Assembly (NCBI GenBank): GCA_032718475.1
Contig: JAUCBJ010005775.1
Span: forward strand, 1-62,962
Source of the DNA: Nemertoderma westbladi
Taxonomy: Eukaryota; Animalia; Xenacoelomorpha
Direction: 5' to 3'
Length of the DNA: 62,962 bases
Position 1 is the first letter of the stretch, and every line of letters starts with the position of its first letter. Position numbers and translations under genes: made by a program. Below are positions 12,207 through 24,080 of this stretch, in pieces. Under the pieces are notes generated by a model that saw nothing but the letters and a program-made list of their open reading frames with translations, was not told the DNA's origin and did not search any database.

Positions 12207-13162
12207 AAAAGTAAAAGCTAAGTTTTCATCGGCCGTTAGGCCGGGGATTACGCACAAAGTCTGACAAAGTCTGGCTTGAGCATGTGGACGACTTCTTTTA
12301 CCTGGGATCATGGATCCGGAAGTCAGGGGATCTTCGAATATGTAAGGGAAAGGCATGGGCAGCCTTGAATAGGCTTTGCTGGATTTGGAAGTCACCGAGA
12401 ATTAATCGGAAACTTAAAGTCCGATTATTTAGAGCAGCAGTAGTTCCAGTACTCCTCTATGGGAGTCCATGCTGGGCTCTATCTGCTGAGGACACCAAAT
12501 CTCTGGATGGCACATTCACAAGAATGCTACGCCGGGTTCATTGTATCAAGTACAATGCACACATCTCCAACCAGACACTATATAACATTGGAGGTGTCTC
12601 ATTGGTTCCCCCAAGCTTGACACGAGAACAAAATCGCCTCCGCTTTGCAGGACATTGGTTTCGCCGTGAGGACCAGACAGTGCATAATCTTGTACTTTGG
12701 CAGCCTCATGTAGTGAATAAGCATGGTGGACAGCCCATGACTTTCTTGAGACGCATCTTAAAGGACACTGGCCTTGAAGATGCGGATGATCTAGCAAATT
12801 TCATGGGTGATAGGGAGTTGTGGCGGCGCAATTTTGTCGACAAGCCCGCACAGCATTCTTAAAAATGCAGCTGCAATGCAGCATGCCGATCCTAGTAGTA
12901 GTAGTAGTGGTACGCACATAGTCCGACGACTCATTTTCAGTGCGGTCACCTCAGAACTATACTCCCGAGGGGAAACTAGTATTCATTTAGCTACCATTTA
13001 AAGATACAAGGCAGAGATGCGTCCTGTGTAGTCAGTCCCTTTATAGCATTCCTTGCGAAAAAGCCTTCCGAACGAAAACTTGCCTGGCTCCCATGCGGGG
13101 TCGAACCCACGACCACCAGAGATATCTGAACCCAAAGCAACTGATTTATACAATACGCCAAG
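12207..13162 (-). mobile_element. tRNA-derived SINE (family B) split by an RTE insertion
   Basis: 12207-12265 plus 12911-13162 align with the uninterrupted copy at 40219-40492. Minus-strand B box GGGTTCGACCC at ~13098-13108. Confidence 0.8.
12266..12910 (+). mobile_element. 5'-truncated RTE-clade LINE (ORF2 C-terminus, 3' UTR, (TAG)n tail)
   Basis: ORF 12284-12862 carries RTE post-RT motifs (FFYLGS, VLLYGSPCWAL, LDGTFTRMLRR, RLRFAGHWFR). TAG repeat tail at ~12894-12908. 17-bp TSD TACGCACAAAGTCTGAC (12249-12265) / TACGCACATAGTCCGAC (12911-12927). Confidence 0.92.
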
Positions 13163-13541
13163 AGGGAACTGGTTTTATCTGAACTGATATCGGAATGACT
13201 AGAGTGCAATACTTCAAACCTGAGGGTCTCCAGTTCGATTAACCTAGACATCAATACCGACTTTACAAAACTGTTCCCGTGAAAAATTATAATAATATGA
13301 AGCCACTCTCACCCAAAATATACCGGTACTAATAATAAATAGGCCTGCATTATTTGTGATATATATCTGTCACCTATTTGTTTCAGCTTTGCTTAACAAA
13401 TAAAGGAATTTGGACTTAGATATTTCTCAAGGCATAATAATGTATATTGTATATTACTGTGATGTAAAGCAGTCGAGGTTAATGAACTCATAACCTGACA
13501 TGGGCGCCAGAATATCATTATTACAATATTAACTGTAATTC

Positions 13542-13787
13542 GCGGGGGTAATAAGGCGGGGTAGCTCAGTTGGTTGAGCGCCGGGCCTGCAATCTATTGG
13601 TTGTAGGTTCAGCCCCGCCAGGGTCCACTCAGCCTTTCATCCACTGGGGTCGATAAAATGAGTACCAGTTAAATAACTGGGAGCAAATCTTGGGATAGGA
13701 GTAGCGCCCACCCCTACCCTCGGGTAGCAGCTATCGAAAGAGGAGCCTTCGGGTCGCCTCCGGCTTCGGCCGACTGTTTGCTTTTTT
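13542..13787 (+). mobile_element. Full-length young tRNA-derived SINE (family A)
   Basis: tRNA-like head GGCGGGGTAGCTCAGTTGG...GGTTCAGCCC, body CACTCAGCCTTTCATCC..GGTCGATAAAATGAGTACC, T-rich tail. 13-bp TSD TTAACTGTAATTC at 13529-13541 and 13788-13800. Near-identical to 47085-47324. Confidence 0.93.
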
Positions 13788-14340
13788 TTAACTGTAATTC
13801 TCAAGAATGATTATTTTCGCTCAGATTATTGACCTTCGGTTAATGTATTATAAACATTAGGTGATGGGCTTATTGAGTTTGGATATTAGATAGGTATACC
13901 ATATACTACTACTGTGTAGTTTATTGACCTTTGTTTGATGTATTGTAAAACATCTGGTGACGGGTTAATTGAGTTGAGATATAGTTTATATCATATCTTG
14001 GTGTAAAAAAGATTATTGTTATCAACACCGATCGTGTTGGATTTAATAATTTCAAAGATTAATATAGGTAACATTTATATTTCTATAAGTTATATTTTGA
14101 ACTTACATATTATGTATCTTATATTGATACCAGTAGGGGTATATAGCAGTAGGGGCCGATGTCGTTTACGCCCGTTTTCTGTTGATGGAATATTTCATAC
14201 TACATGTTGAGAATTTGTAGGTAGATTAATTGTTAATTTAGTTTTTTTAGTTTCTTTGCTATGTATATAAATACCGGAAACTATCTAATCTATAATCGTA
14301 ATAATGCTGTAAATATAATTAATTTGTAATTTGAACGGAG

Positions 14341-14379
14341 TGCCTTGACAAGGAGCCAAGAGCTCGAAATCGATCGGAA
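14341..14379 (+). ncRNA. Minimal type I hammerhead-like motif (U3-A8 core variant), Penelope pLTR-type remnant
   Basis: cc-TTGACAA-g-GAGC-caaga-GCTC-GAAA-tcga-TC-gg. Stem II is GAGC/GCTC, stem III is palindromic, the site is AUC. Stem I is eroded to 2 bp. Confidence 0.5.
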
Positions 14380-14871
14380 ATACAAGCGTTTTCAATAGTG
14401 AAGGAGGGGAGTCCCCGGAGGTGATCCTTACTTTTAAAGCTGAAACTTGACAGTTATCTCCTACGGGGGTGGGCTTTTACTGTATTTCATGATGGTATGA
14501 ATCTGTTCCATATGCAGTTCTCCGATCTGCCACGCATTTCTCAACATATTCACGTATCATCTGTACATGGACTAGAAAGCTGTTGCCTAAAGGGCTGTCT
14601 AGAATTATTATAAATAATTGCTGTGAAAATAAATGGGGTAAAAATGCCATACCCGGGTTATCACCTTCCGGGAGTTAGTGGGAAAACAAGGGGGTATAAC
14701 TATTCCTGGAGTTGAATTTGCTGGTTTATAAGGACTCCGAAATTTTATAGCGATAAAGATTCCAAGAGTAAAATAAAGTACTTTATAACCCATGTTGCAC
14801 TACATGTTTGGATACAATCGTGTTGGTGGATAAGGCACCAGCAGCCATGTTAAAACACGGCAAAATTCAGA

Positions 14872-15106
14872 TAGGGTGGGAAACTGGATGCAATAAAAAT
14901 TCATCCCTCTCCAGGGGAAATTGGACGCAAATATCGAATGATTACTCTGAAAAATAAAACTGTAACCTGTACTGATGTGTTTAGTTTATTGTTTTGGTTA
15001 AAATAACGTGCCACTGTAACGTGCTCCTTTCCCTAAATTGAGAATTTAACATTGAGGCGGGGTATTAATTCGCAAAGATGGGATTTACGTCCAGTTTCCC
15101 CCTCTG
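14872..15106. mobile_element. Possible hAT-like MITE
   Basis: Left end TAGGGTGGGAAACTGGATG versus reverse complement of the right end CAGAGGGGGAAACTGGACG. No TSD recognised. Confidence 0.4.
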
Positions 15107-15926
15107 TCTCGCAAAATTTGAACGTACTATATGGGGTTGAACCCGGAAGATGTTAAAACATCCCCCTTTTGGAATATGGGAATACACCAAGACCTGGTAT
15201 ACACCAAGACCTGGTATTCAAGAATCTCCCAAGTTCCACTCCCGGAAGGAGTTCCACTCCTGGAACACTTTGTTTATCCCGTATGTAGCTGGGCAACAAT
15301 GCAATGCCTCTTTAATAAATACCTCTAAATACTTAAAAATAATAAATAATTAAAAATGCCTTCTAAGGACCAGACCCATTTCACATTAATATATCACAAT
15401 TCCTTTCATAGGGCAGGCTCATATAGTCAAAATTAAGAAAAATTGTGAATTTCATGAAAATCCATTCAGCCATTGGCCTATAAAGGGCATGTTCCCATTT
15501 GGGAACAGTGGGCGCTAAAGCACTAAGAATTTACAAAATTTCCATATTATTGAATACTCAAATTATTTCATCTATATTGAACCAATTACTGCTTAGTAGT
15601 ATGCATTATAATGCATTATAAAACTTCCAATAACATAAATAGCGCCCTTACAACAATATTTATTATATTTATTAGTAATATTATTATTAATTAACAAATA
15701 TTATATTACAACTAAGAAGACAAGTAGTAATGTAAATTATTAATTAATAAATTTAAATAAAACAAAAGAAAAAACTTTTCCATACAATTCCATCTATATA
15801 TTTCAGTATTACATAGAGACATATTTATTAATTAATATTACTACTAATTAATTAATAGAAAATAATTATAAATTTACTCTCTGAGTTTACCATGAGCTGA
15901 AAAACGATTTAGCTTTCATATAGAGT

Positions 15927-17836
15927 TCAGTGTGTGTTCTTTGAATGGTAAATTATCCAACAAACTTTTCCATGATCACTGTGCAGTCTCTTCTTACATT
16001 TTCTACATTGAATTCGCGTATTTTTTTGACATACAGCACATCTTCCTTGTGTAACTTATTCCCTAAAGTGCTCCATTTCGTCACATCGGATATCATCAGG
16101 TACATGACGCGGTTTACCACTCATACGCCTTGGTTCCCTTATTTGAGCAGTGGCTCCAACAGTGCCAGCTAAAAAGCATTGAGTAACCTCACGGACAAAT
16201 AAGATGTGTGATAGCTGCTCTCCTTTCGGAAATATGCGACAATGAACTCTCCAAGCAGCAGTCATGCAAACCCCTAGAGATTCAATGAAAAGTGGAAACC
16301 ACCACTTCTTGGCTTTTATTCGGGGACGATATGAAGAAACTAACCTATCTAACAAATCTACACCACCCATACCCTGGTTATACTTCACAACATCTCCAGG
16401 AACCTTCACTTGAACACTACCACCTTTGACTGTCCTCTTTACATTTCCAACTGGTTCATGTCCAATAGCATTGCTTGCCATGTGAACGATGTTATTGTCA
16501 TGCCACTTTGTGATATGAACAATGCCATCACATATATAGTCAAATGTTCCTCGAGGCGATTTTTTCATATCCTTCGTGCTCATCAGGCTGATATTTGCAC
16601 CACCTGTTCTGTCTTGTCGTATTGTACCAGTTGTTGCTGCACCTCGTTCCTTCATCACTCGTAGCAAAGCATAACTAGTAAAGAAATTGTCAATGTAAAA
16701 ATGGTGTTTAGACAATAATGACATACACTTTCAATAATATCAGGTCATGTGGAGAACGACCTTCCCACCAAGGGTAGTTTTTGGATCTTTCTCTCGTGCT
16801 CGTTCATAGCGATCCACTTTTGCCTGCTTTGCTGGTGGTGCCTTCTCTTTATTAGTAGATTGGGTATCAGCACCATCTTTCTCCTTTCCAGTGTAAATCT
16901 TTAGTTGATACGGATATCCATTACTGCCTGCAACGCACCACCCCTTGTACCCAAAACGAACGGGTTTATTAGCCATAAACTGCCTAGCTGAATGAAGGCC
17001 ATAGTAAGGTATCATGGCTTCATATATTGATAGTTCACTATCAAATATCCCAAACTGAACAAGTCGAGCATTCATCATATCGTATAAGGGCTGAACCTTC
17101 GCAATTTTTTGTTGCCTTGTTCTAAGTTAAGATTGTCAGCCAGGTGAAAGTATCGCTTGATTAATTCAAATCGATTTCGCGGCATCGTTTCTTTTACAAT
17201 TGGAATACCAAGATCATTGTCATCTGACCACATATCACGCTGAGATGGTACTTGGTGATAGCCAGACAATAAAATAATCCCAAGAAACTTACGAATTTCA
17301 ATGTCGTTAGTCTTGAATGAAGGGCAGTTTTTATCTCTATTCGCATATAAATCAGTCTGAGTCACAAACATATCAATCATTTCGTTGTCCATGTATTTGG
17401 AGAATAGTTTGAACGGAGAAGCTCCTGCTATTGATGGATCAACACAGTCCGGTTTTTCTAAACTTTGAAGTTCTGGTTGTGGAGGGTGCGCTATATTTAA
17501 GTTTTTCCGCCATTTATGCTTTTCATGCACAGATTCTTCAACCTCATCAGCATCATTGGATGTCTCGTCATAGTTGTCATCATTCTCATATTCCTCTTCC
17601 ACTTCTATTTCACCAGCAGGCTCAGGCAGGAATGTTGGGTCTATGTCGTCATCCTGCTCCTCATCACTGTCAGCATTGCGGTCGTCACCTGTATCAGGAG
17701 GCAGTATGGTCACAGTTGTAGACAAAGTCCCATGGTGTGATGCTATTGAATCAGCAGCATCTCCTAGAGTTTTAAATCGTGCAGTTCTTGTTATTCCACG
17801 TTTTCCATAGAATGATACTGGGTCTGCCACTGCCAC
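15927..17836 (-). pseudogene. Disrupted piggyBac-family (PGBD-like) DDD transposase
   Basis: Consecutive ORFs 17075-17836, 16740-17078 and 16056-16724 carry piggyBac motifs (MPRNRFELIKRYFHLADN, KPVRFGYKGW, YIDNFFTS, WHDN, YNQGMGGVDLLD, KKWWFPLF). Beyond an in-frame TAA the frame continues as a Cys-rich tail QGRCAVCQKNTRIQCRKCKKRLH...CWIIYH to a stop at 15927. The first catalytic Asp reads Tyr (SIYEAM). Confidence 0.93.
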
Positions 17837-18327
17837 AATGTGATAATTATTGATGTAAACTCAAAAAAGATGCTAAACTAATACTGTATTGTGTAGAGTG
17901 TAATATGGTAATACTATGCTGAATGTTTGGATCTGAAATGCTGAAAACCAAAATCTATAAGTCCAATGATACAATGCCGTAATGTGCACTAATGCCTGAG
18001 TTTACAGTACAGTATACTGTATTAGTCTACAGTAATACTGTAATAGCCAACAATCAATGGACATGAGCACTGAATTCCTAAATACAGAAATATACCAGTA
18101 ACAATGGTACATCAGATAAATATGTTAGACTATACATTCTTCAATACTGCAGTGCTACTGAATTATACAGAAATGCATGACATCTTTCACTATTGGTAGG
18201 GACTGTCAGGCAGCTGCTGAGTATAGGGATACTCATTTTACTTGTCCCAAATACCTAATGGGAGCATAGTAACACTTATCTGGCATCCCAGTCATACATA
18301 GGAAACCATAGAACATAATATAATATC

Positions 18328-18410
18328 ATGGCTCATACGTGTCTGCCACGGGAGGGTAGGTTGTGGCTCATACGGGTGTGCCCCGGTATGGAAAGGGTTA
18401 ATAGGGTTAA
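18328..18410 (-). mobile_element. piggyBac-type terminus upstream of the transposase
   Basis: The minus strand reads TTAA-CCCTTTCCATACCGGGG with two subterminal CGTATGAGCCA copies. TTAA is at 18398-18401 and a second GGGTTAA follows immediately. Confidence 0.65.
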
Positions 18411-18624
18411 GAACTAACTACTACCGGTCCGGGTATGGTTCATTATTTCATGGTTAATATAAACTACCCTTTCATTGTAGCGAGTGGTTAAAGACGGCCA
18501 AGTAATGTAGGGCTGAGCACAACAGTGGCAGCAGATGGTGGTATTGGCAGATGGGACTTAATAAGGACGTAAATTGGGACATACAAGGTATCAGGTAGTA
18601 TTTCCATGTCTTTTACCTGAGCCG

Positions 18625-18800
18625 CTACCGGTAGCTGAATGGTTAGAGCGTCAGTCTTCCATCCGGGGATCACCAGTTCGATCCCACCTGGACGTCATTG
18701 CCGACTATGTAACGCTGTGCCGTTCAATCCTTCAATCTTTGGAGGGTCAAGGGAGCCAGCCTCAGTTCACAGCAGTAGTGGTAGCGAAGAGATTACATTG
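18625..18800 (+). mobile_element. Degenerate tRNA-derived SINE (family C)
   Basis: A box TAGCTGAATGG (18632-18642) and B box AGTTCGATCCC (18675-18685), followed by a non-tRNA body. Confidence 0.55.
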
Positions 18801-19362
18801 GTTGCTAGGTTCTATGATCAATGTATATATTGAAACATTCAATGCAGTGAATCACATTGCACATAGGTAAGCCTACATATGTACTTTCCATATACTGTAA
18901 TTAGTTACAGTACATATTACGTTACGTTAAAGACATGGAAGATCCCGGATTCGTTTTTTTGAATGATCTCCGGGGTTTGATATGCCAATGCAGTCGTATA
19001 ATAGAAAACGGAATCGGTTACGATAAATACGATTATTTACATCGACAGCTAGAGTATTATGTTTCAATACTTGGGCAAATTGAATCAACACAAGATGGTA
19101 GGCCTTCTCTTCTTGGAGAGTTGGAGCAAGATAAAAAGGCGTGGTTGCATTGGTTAAATGTAGTTCGGCCAAGAGAAGGACTCACTAGTTGTTGTTCAAC
19201 CCAACTTCTAACATTTTCTTCTTTTTTTTCAACTTTTTTTTTTATTTTTATTTTATTGAATTAACCTGTAATTCTATTCAGCCAGTACTACTAACTCCTA
19301 TAGAGCAACAGCTCAAGTAAGTCTATGTAACCTGTAAAATGACTATTGGTTAATGTGATGAC

Positions 19363-19410
19363 AGTTGGTTGTTGTTCGATATATACTATTATATCGAACA
19401 ACAACCAACT
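19363..19410. repeat. Perfect 21-bp inverted repeat with a 6-nt loop
   Basis: AGTTGGTTGTTGTTCGATATA-tactat-TATATCGAACAACAACCAACT. Confidence 0.9.
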
Positions 19411-19834
19411 TGGGCAAACGAATGGGTTTTCGTTAGAAGTCAGACAGTTTTAACACAAAGTAAAGCCGTGTGAATGTTTGTACTCCTATTAATGAAATCC
19501 TATTATTTGTGTTATTCTTAATTAATATTTGCTAACTGTCTCAACATTGTATTCCTTTAGTTTTAATCCGTTCAAACTCAGCAGACATCTTTTGTTAGCT
19601 GGTTCGTAACATAACCAACCTAGCACTTCCACTGTTGACACATCTCATAAACCGCAAATATTTTAAAACATATTCAGGAGCAATGACAACGTCGTAAATG
19701 GTATGATAAAGTTATGGCAGACTATAGATTAACTACATTCAGTCTGGTCAGGTACATAGAAAGTCGCACGAAGTGCAGGCGATCTCTATCTTTAACTAAC
19801 GATTGTGATTTTTCATAAGGATTGACAGAATACG

Positions 19835-19937
19835 TCGGAAACCTAAGTTCCGATTATTTAGAGCAGCAGTAGTTCCAATACTCCTCTATGGGAGTCCATG
19901 CTGGGCTCTAACTGCTGAGGACACAAAATCTCTGGAT
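19835..19937 (+). mobile_element. Internal RTE LINE fragment
   Basis: Nearly identical to ~12406-12508 (TCCGATTATTTAGAGCAGCAGTAGTTCC...CTGCTGAGGACAC). Confidence 0.9.
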
Positions 19938-19996
19938 CGAGTTATATTGGTGTTGTAAGGGTCTAAGCCACGATTTTAAGTAAAACAAATTCCTTT

Positions 19997-20040
19997 TATC
20001 ATATGGCCATTTCGTATATTAACACACGTCTTCAGTGATA
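19997..20040 (-). ncRNA. Minimal type I hammerhead ribozyme with an intact catalytic core
   Basis: Minus strand: TATCA-CTGAAGA-C-GTGTG-ttaa-TATAC-GAAA-TGGCCA-TA-TGATA. Stem I is 5 bp, the CUGANGA and GAAA boxes are intact, stem II is 5 bp with wobbles, stem III is palindromic and the cleavage triplet is AUA. Confidence 0.75.
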
Positions 20041-21129
20041 TAAATATATATTTAAATATTTACATAATTTACATCTTAAAATAAGTACATACCCGGTTTA
20101 TATTTAATTGAATAATATACTGTAAAAGATACTAATTTATACGAGGCTTGAGGCTATCTTACAGTATATGTCTGGTTACGAGGATGCTATTAAATAATTA
20201 AAATAAATAAAATTATGAGCAGTGGTAAAAAGAGAGATTAGGCTGAAATTGATAAGATTGTGCCGAAATAAATTGTACAATGGTGTAGGCTACCGTTATG
20301 TATTTGTTCTATGTTGCTACTCACAACTCAGGGCAGTAAAGCTTGTTGGCAGACTGCATCTCTTTATAAATTTTGATGTGATTAAATTACACTTTACTCT
20401 AGGCCTATCAGATTACAGAGCTCTTATAAATAATTACTAAACATACACCGAAGGTCCAGGTTCTCTCATTGGCTACCAGGGCGCAGGGGTTGTTCACTGT
20501 TGACCTCCCTCTGCAGTATGGGAGCCAGCTTGCAACTAATAGTAATAGGCTAGGCGCTGATGGTTGCTTGCGCTGGTATACATATCTAAAGTTTTATTTT
20601 TTGTAATTTTAACCTTATCTTTTGGACATACAGTATTTATGCTTACAAATTTTAAACTCAATAGGTTTAATTACATCCGACAAAGTTATTGGCATGTCAA
20701 AATTGTAACGACAACAACTACAGTATTTGCTGTTATTGGCCCACTTCCTTAATAGTGTCAGTTCGACAAGGCTCGCCCCACATACTCTTCAACAATATTG
20801 ATTTTACTTTATGTACTAAATTAACTCTCACTTTTCTGTATGCCCCCCAAACCCAGTTATGGGTTCCCCCCCCCCCCCCCCCCCACAGGTTTAGCCTCTG
20901 CCCCCCAGATACAATGGTCACCATACGTGCCTGTTCTCAAATCTAAATAATAATTACATTCTTAACAAAGTGACATTCCTATTCCTACTGTACAGTATGT
21001 GTCCTATATTCATTCAAGGCAGTTTCTGGGCAATCATAAGCAGGCCATCCAATTGGTTTATTCCAATATCGCGATTCGTACATATTTGTTGATGAGGTTT
21101 ATATTCGTACAGTCCAGTACAGTATATTT

Positions 21130-21385
21130 CTAATTTCCACATTTTTAACAAATAATTTCCCTATTTTAAACAGTCAAAATGTTTCAAAATATTGGATGTT
21201 TTTATCTAGTCTAGTATGCCCAATGCCCATACAAAATTTGGTTGAAAATGTTTAAAATCATCAAAAGTTATTTACGAATGAATTATTTATTACGGACGTA
21301 CCGGCGGACGGACAGCCAGATAGACGGACATGAAATTTTCATTCGTCCTAATTAACACGATCCCGTAAGCAGCAGGCCAAACTAA
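21130..21385 (-). mobile_element. Helentron/HINE-like fragment
   Basis: CATACAAAATTTGGTTGAAA motif followed by a GGAC/AGAC microsatellite, an arrangement typical of DINE-1/HINE-like ends. Confidence 0.4.
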
Positions 21386-22383
21386 GAATTGGAAACATTT
21401 TGTAAAATAATTTATTAAAACTATTATGTACATTTAGATTAAATAATAATACAGCAAATAAGTAAGCTTACACAAATAATCACTTTTGTAAAACAATAAT
21501 TTATTTCATTCATCAGTTCATAAACTGATAAACACACACCTCAGGTTGTAGTGAATATTAGTATTATTCCTTTTAAGTTAGTAATAATATTGATGTCATT
21601 GACCGCATACCTAAACACACACACACCTCCACCTATATGGGGTATGAGTGGATGGATAGGGAATGAATGAACTTCTACCAATAGTCTGCCTATCAAGCAA
21701 GCTAACATATTACTACTGTACTAGGATCACCATGCTGCAGTGCAGCTCCATTTTTAGTCTAACTATTTTTTTAGCTAACATATTACCTCAGGTGCTGTTG
21801 CTAAGACACGGGAAGGGTGCTTCTCAATTGACTTACATTCGCTGATTAAAGGCTGCTTGGGAAAGGCCTATACATGATATTGTAGCGCTAGCCAATCAGG
21901 GAGCTAAATACCAGTTTTTTTTTCTTCATGTCCAACAAAAATCTGAAGAAAAAAATTGAGACAGGAAAGAAGCTAAGAGCTTCTTCATCTTCATGTCCAA
22001 CAAATAATCGGCGGAAAATTGAGACAGAAAAAAAGGTAAGAGCATCTTAATTAAAGCCCGCGTGGGTGGCATTATATAAATAATCCCATGCATATAATTT
22101 AATCTGATTTGGTTCGCTACTGTGTTGTAGCTCCCTTTGTAATTCCATATTGTTAGTTAAGTTTCATTGTTCGCGTACTTAAAACGCGGTTTACAAATTA
22201 ACGAGAATAATTAACTTGGATATTCGATAAGTCTCCATACTCGTACTCAATAGCGGAATTGCAGCATACCTGCGTCTCACAGCGCGTGTAGTGGCAGTAT
22301 ACAGATACATTTTACAAATTGGAAGTAAAACCAGCATATCTGTAGCTGATGCAACGAACTGACCAATAAATATGTAAATTAAT

Positions 22384-23390
22384 GTGGGGCGAGCCACGAA
22401 GTTGGCGGAGCCTTAGCGAATTGACACTGTTAGGGGGTGGGTCAATTTATGCAAATAGTTGTCGTCGTCGTCGTCGTCGTCGTTGTCGTCGTCGTCGTTG
22501 TCGTCGTCGTCGTCGTCGTTACGATTTTGACATGCTAATAACTTTGTCGGATTTAAAGCTGCCAAGTTGAAAATTTGTAGGTATCAATATGAGCAAAAGT
22601 TGAGATTTTTGAGAGACTTTCAGACACCATCAGTGCAATGGTCTCCCGCTAGAGGGCCACATGTCTAAACATTAAATGCCCTCCCATTTCTTTGCTTTTA
22701 ATCCGTTTAAGCTGAAACTTGGCAGATATGTATTAGACCATTAGCTGTGATTTTCAAAGGAGGCGAATCCATCTGCAGTTCTCCAGTCTGCCGCTAGAGG
22801 GTCAAATGTCTGAAAGTGAAATCGTTGTCGTCGTTATGATATTGACATGCTTATAACTTTGTCGAATTTAAAGCTGCCAAGTTGAAAATTTGTTTTGTTG
22901 AAAATCAGTTCAACAGTCACCCGCTATAGGACTACTTTATGCCTGAAAGTGAATAGATTCTCCCGTGTCATTGATTTTAATCAGTTTAAGCTGAATCTTG
23001 CCATATATTCTGGACCACATGCTGCGTCTTTGTGGGGGGGGGGGGGGGGGGGGGGGAGATTTAATCGGTCTGCCGCTATACGACGAAATTTCTGAAAGTG
23101 AGATCCGTCTCTCATTTCGTTATCCGTTATTCAAGATGAAACTTGGCCGATGTACGTATGTACTATTCATCCATAGGCTGTGTCTTTGTGGGGCTGGAGA
23201 CCCTAATCCATCTTCAGTTCTCACTATACCGCTAGAGTCAGAAATGTCTGAATAGAAATGAAAGAGGTAAAAAGTGATTAGGCGAAATCTGCTTAAAATT
23301 TGCTAATACAGTAATACTTTCGAATTAGTACTTAAATTAAATTTAAGTCACGTGCTGCGCGAAGGCCCCACTTCGTGTAACTACAGCTTT
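22384..23390 (+). mobile_element. Helentron-associated (HINE/DINE-1-like) non-autonomous element
   Basis: Subterminal inverted motif GTGGGGC (22384) / GCCCCAC (23365), (CGT)n microsatellite at 22460-22520, duplicated internal block (22519-22578 and 22834-22893) and repeated GAAACTTGGC motifs. Confidence 0.65.
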
Positions 23391-23584
23391 AGATGTATTA
23401 GATGTTGCATGAAAATATAAATTGTCTGGGATCGAATTTTCCTGTTCTATCAACTCTATGCTTATTTTACACCATTCTTATTCCTTATCCTTATTTCACC
23501 ATCACCAGGTAGCCGTAGCCTTGAATCCCCCAACAAAACCGAACCGATATTCACGAACGATCATCAACGTTTTCTAACAGATAC

Positions 23585-24080
23585 TTTGTGGGGAGCGCAG
23601 AAGCTGTTATCTAGCTTCGAGGAGGCAGCATCCAGTGTTGGCCTCTTTATGAATATCAGAAACACCTAAATTCTGACAGTAAACAAGGAGTCAGTCCAGA
23701 AGAAAATTGAAAACATTAAATGGCTGGATTGACTTGTAAGTCATGTGATTGACTTCTGCTACTATTGGCTCATGGGTTCGTAGGTCTGGTGAAGATCTCC
23801 GAATTCGGAAAGGGAAAGCCTCTTTTGCTTGCCTTTTACAAGCTGTCCAAGATCTGGAAGAGCTGTAACATCTCATGCTCTTTAAAGGTACCCCCATTCA
23901 CCTTGCATAATGCAGAAGATTTACCTATTATGCACATATAAGTAATGAGTTGTTATATCCATGACAACATTTCATTGCTTGTTGGACACTGTTTCCTCCG
24001 GCAGGATAAACCTTAGCAGCCTGTTGGTGCCTGTTGGTGAGAATATGGTTACTCAAGGACATGCCAGACTTGGCTGACCG
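23585..24080 (+). mobile_element. Old, frameshifted RTE LINE fragment
   Basis: Translates in pieces to AQKLLSSFEEAASSVGLFMNIRNT and SWVRRSGEDLRIRKGKA, homologous to the RTE at 12284. Confidence 0.7.

Noticed and set aside
13555-13625. tRNA genes here and at 18625, 27484, 28294, 38950, 40430, 42065, 47255 and 47960
   Set aside because: They have A/B boxes, but the cloverleaves are imperfect and most are attached to SINE bodies or other repeats. These are tRNA-derived heads, not genes.
18935-19264. 109-aa ORF MEDPGFVFLNDLRG...
   Set aside because: No recognisable motif, and it runs into a T-rich tract. It is possibly a transposon fragment.
22382-22570. Protamine-like poly-Arg ORF
   Set aside because: It is the translation of the (CGT)n microsatellite inside a HINE-like element.
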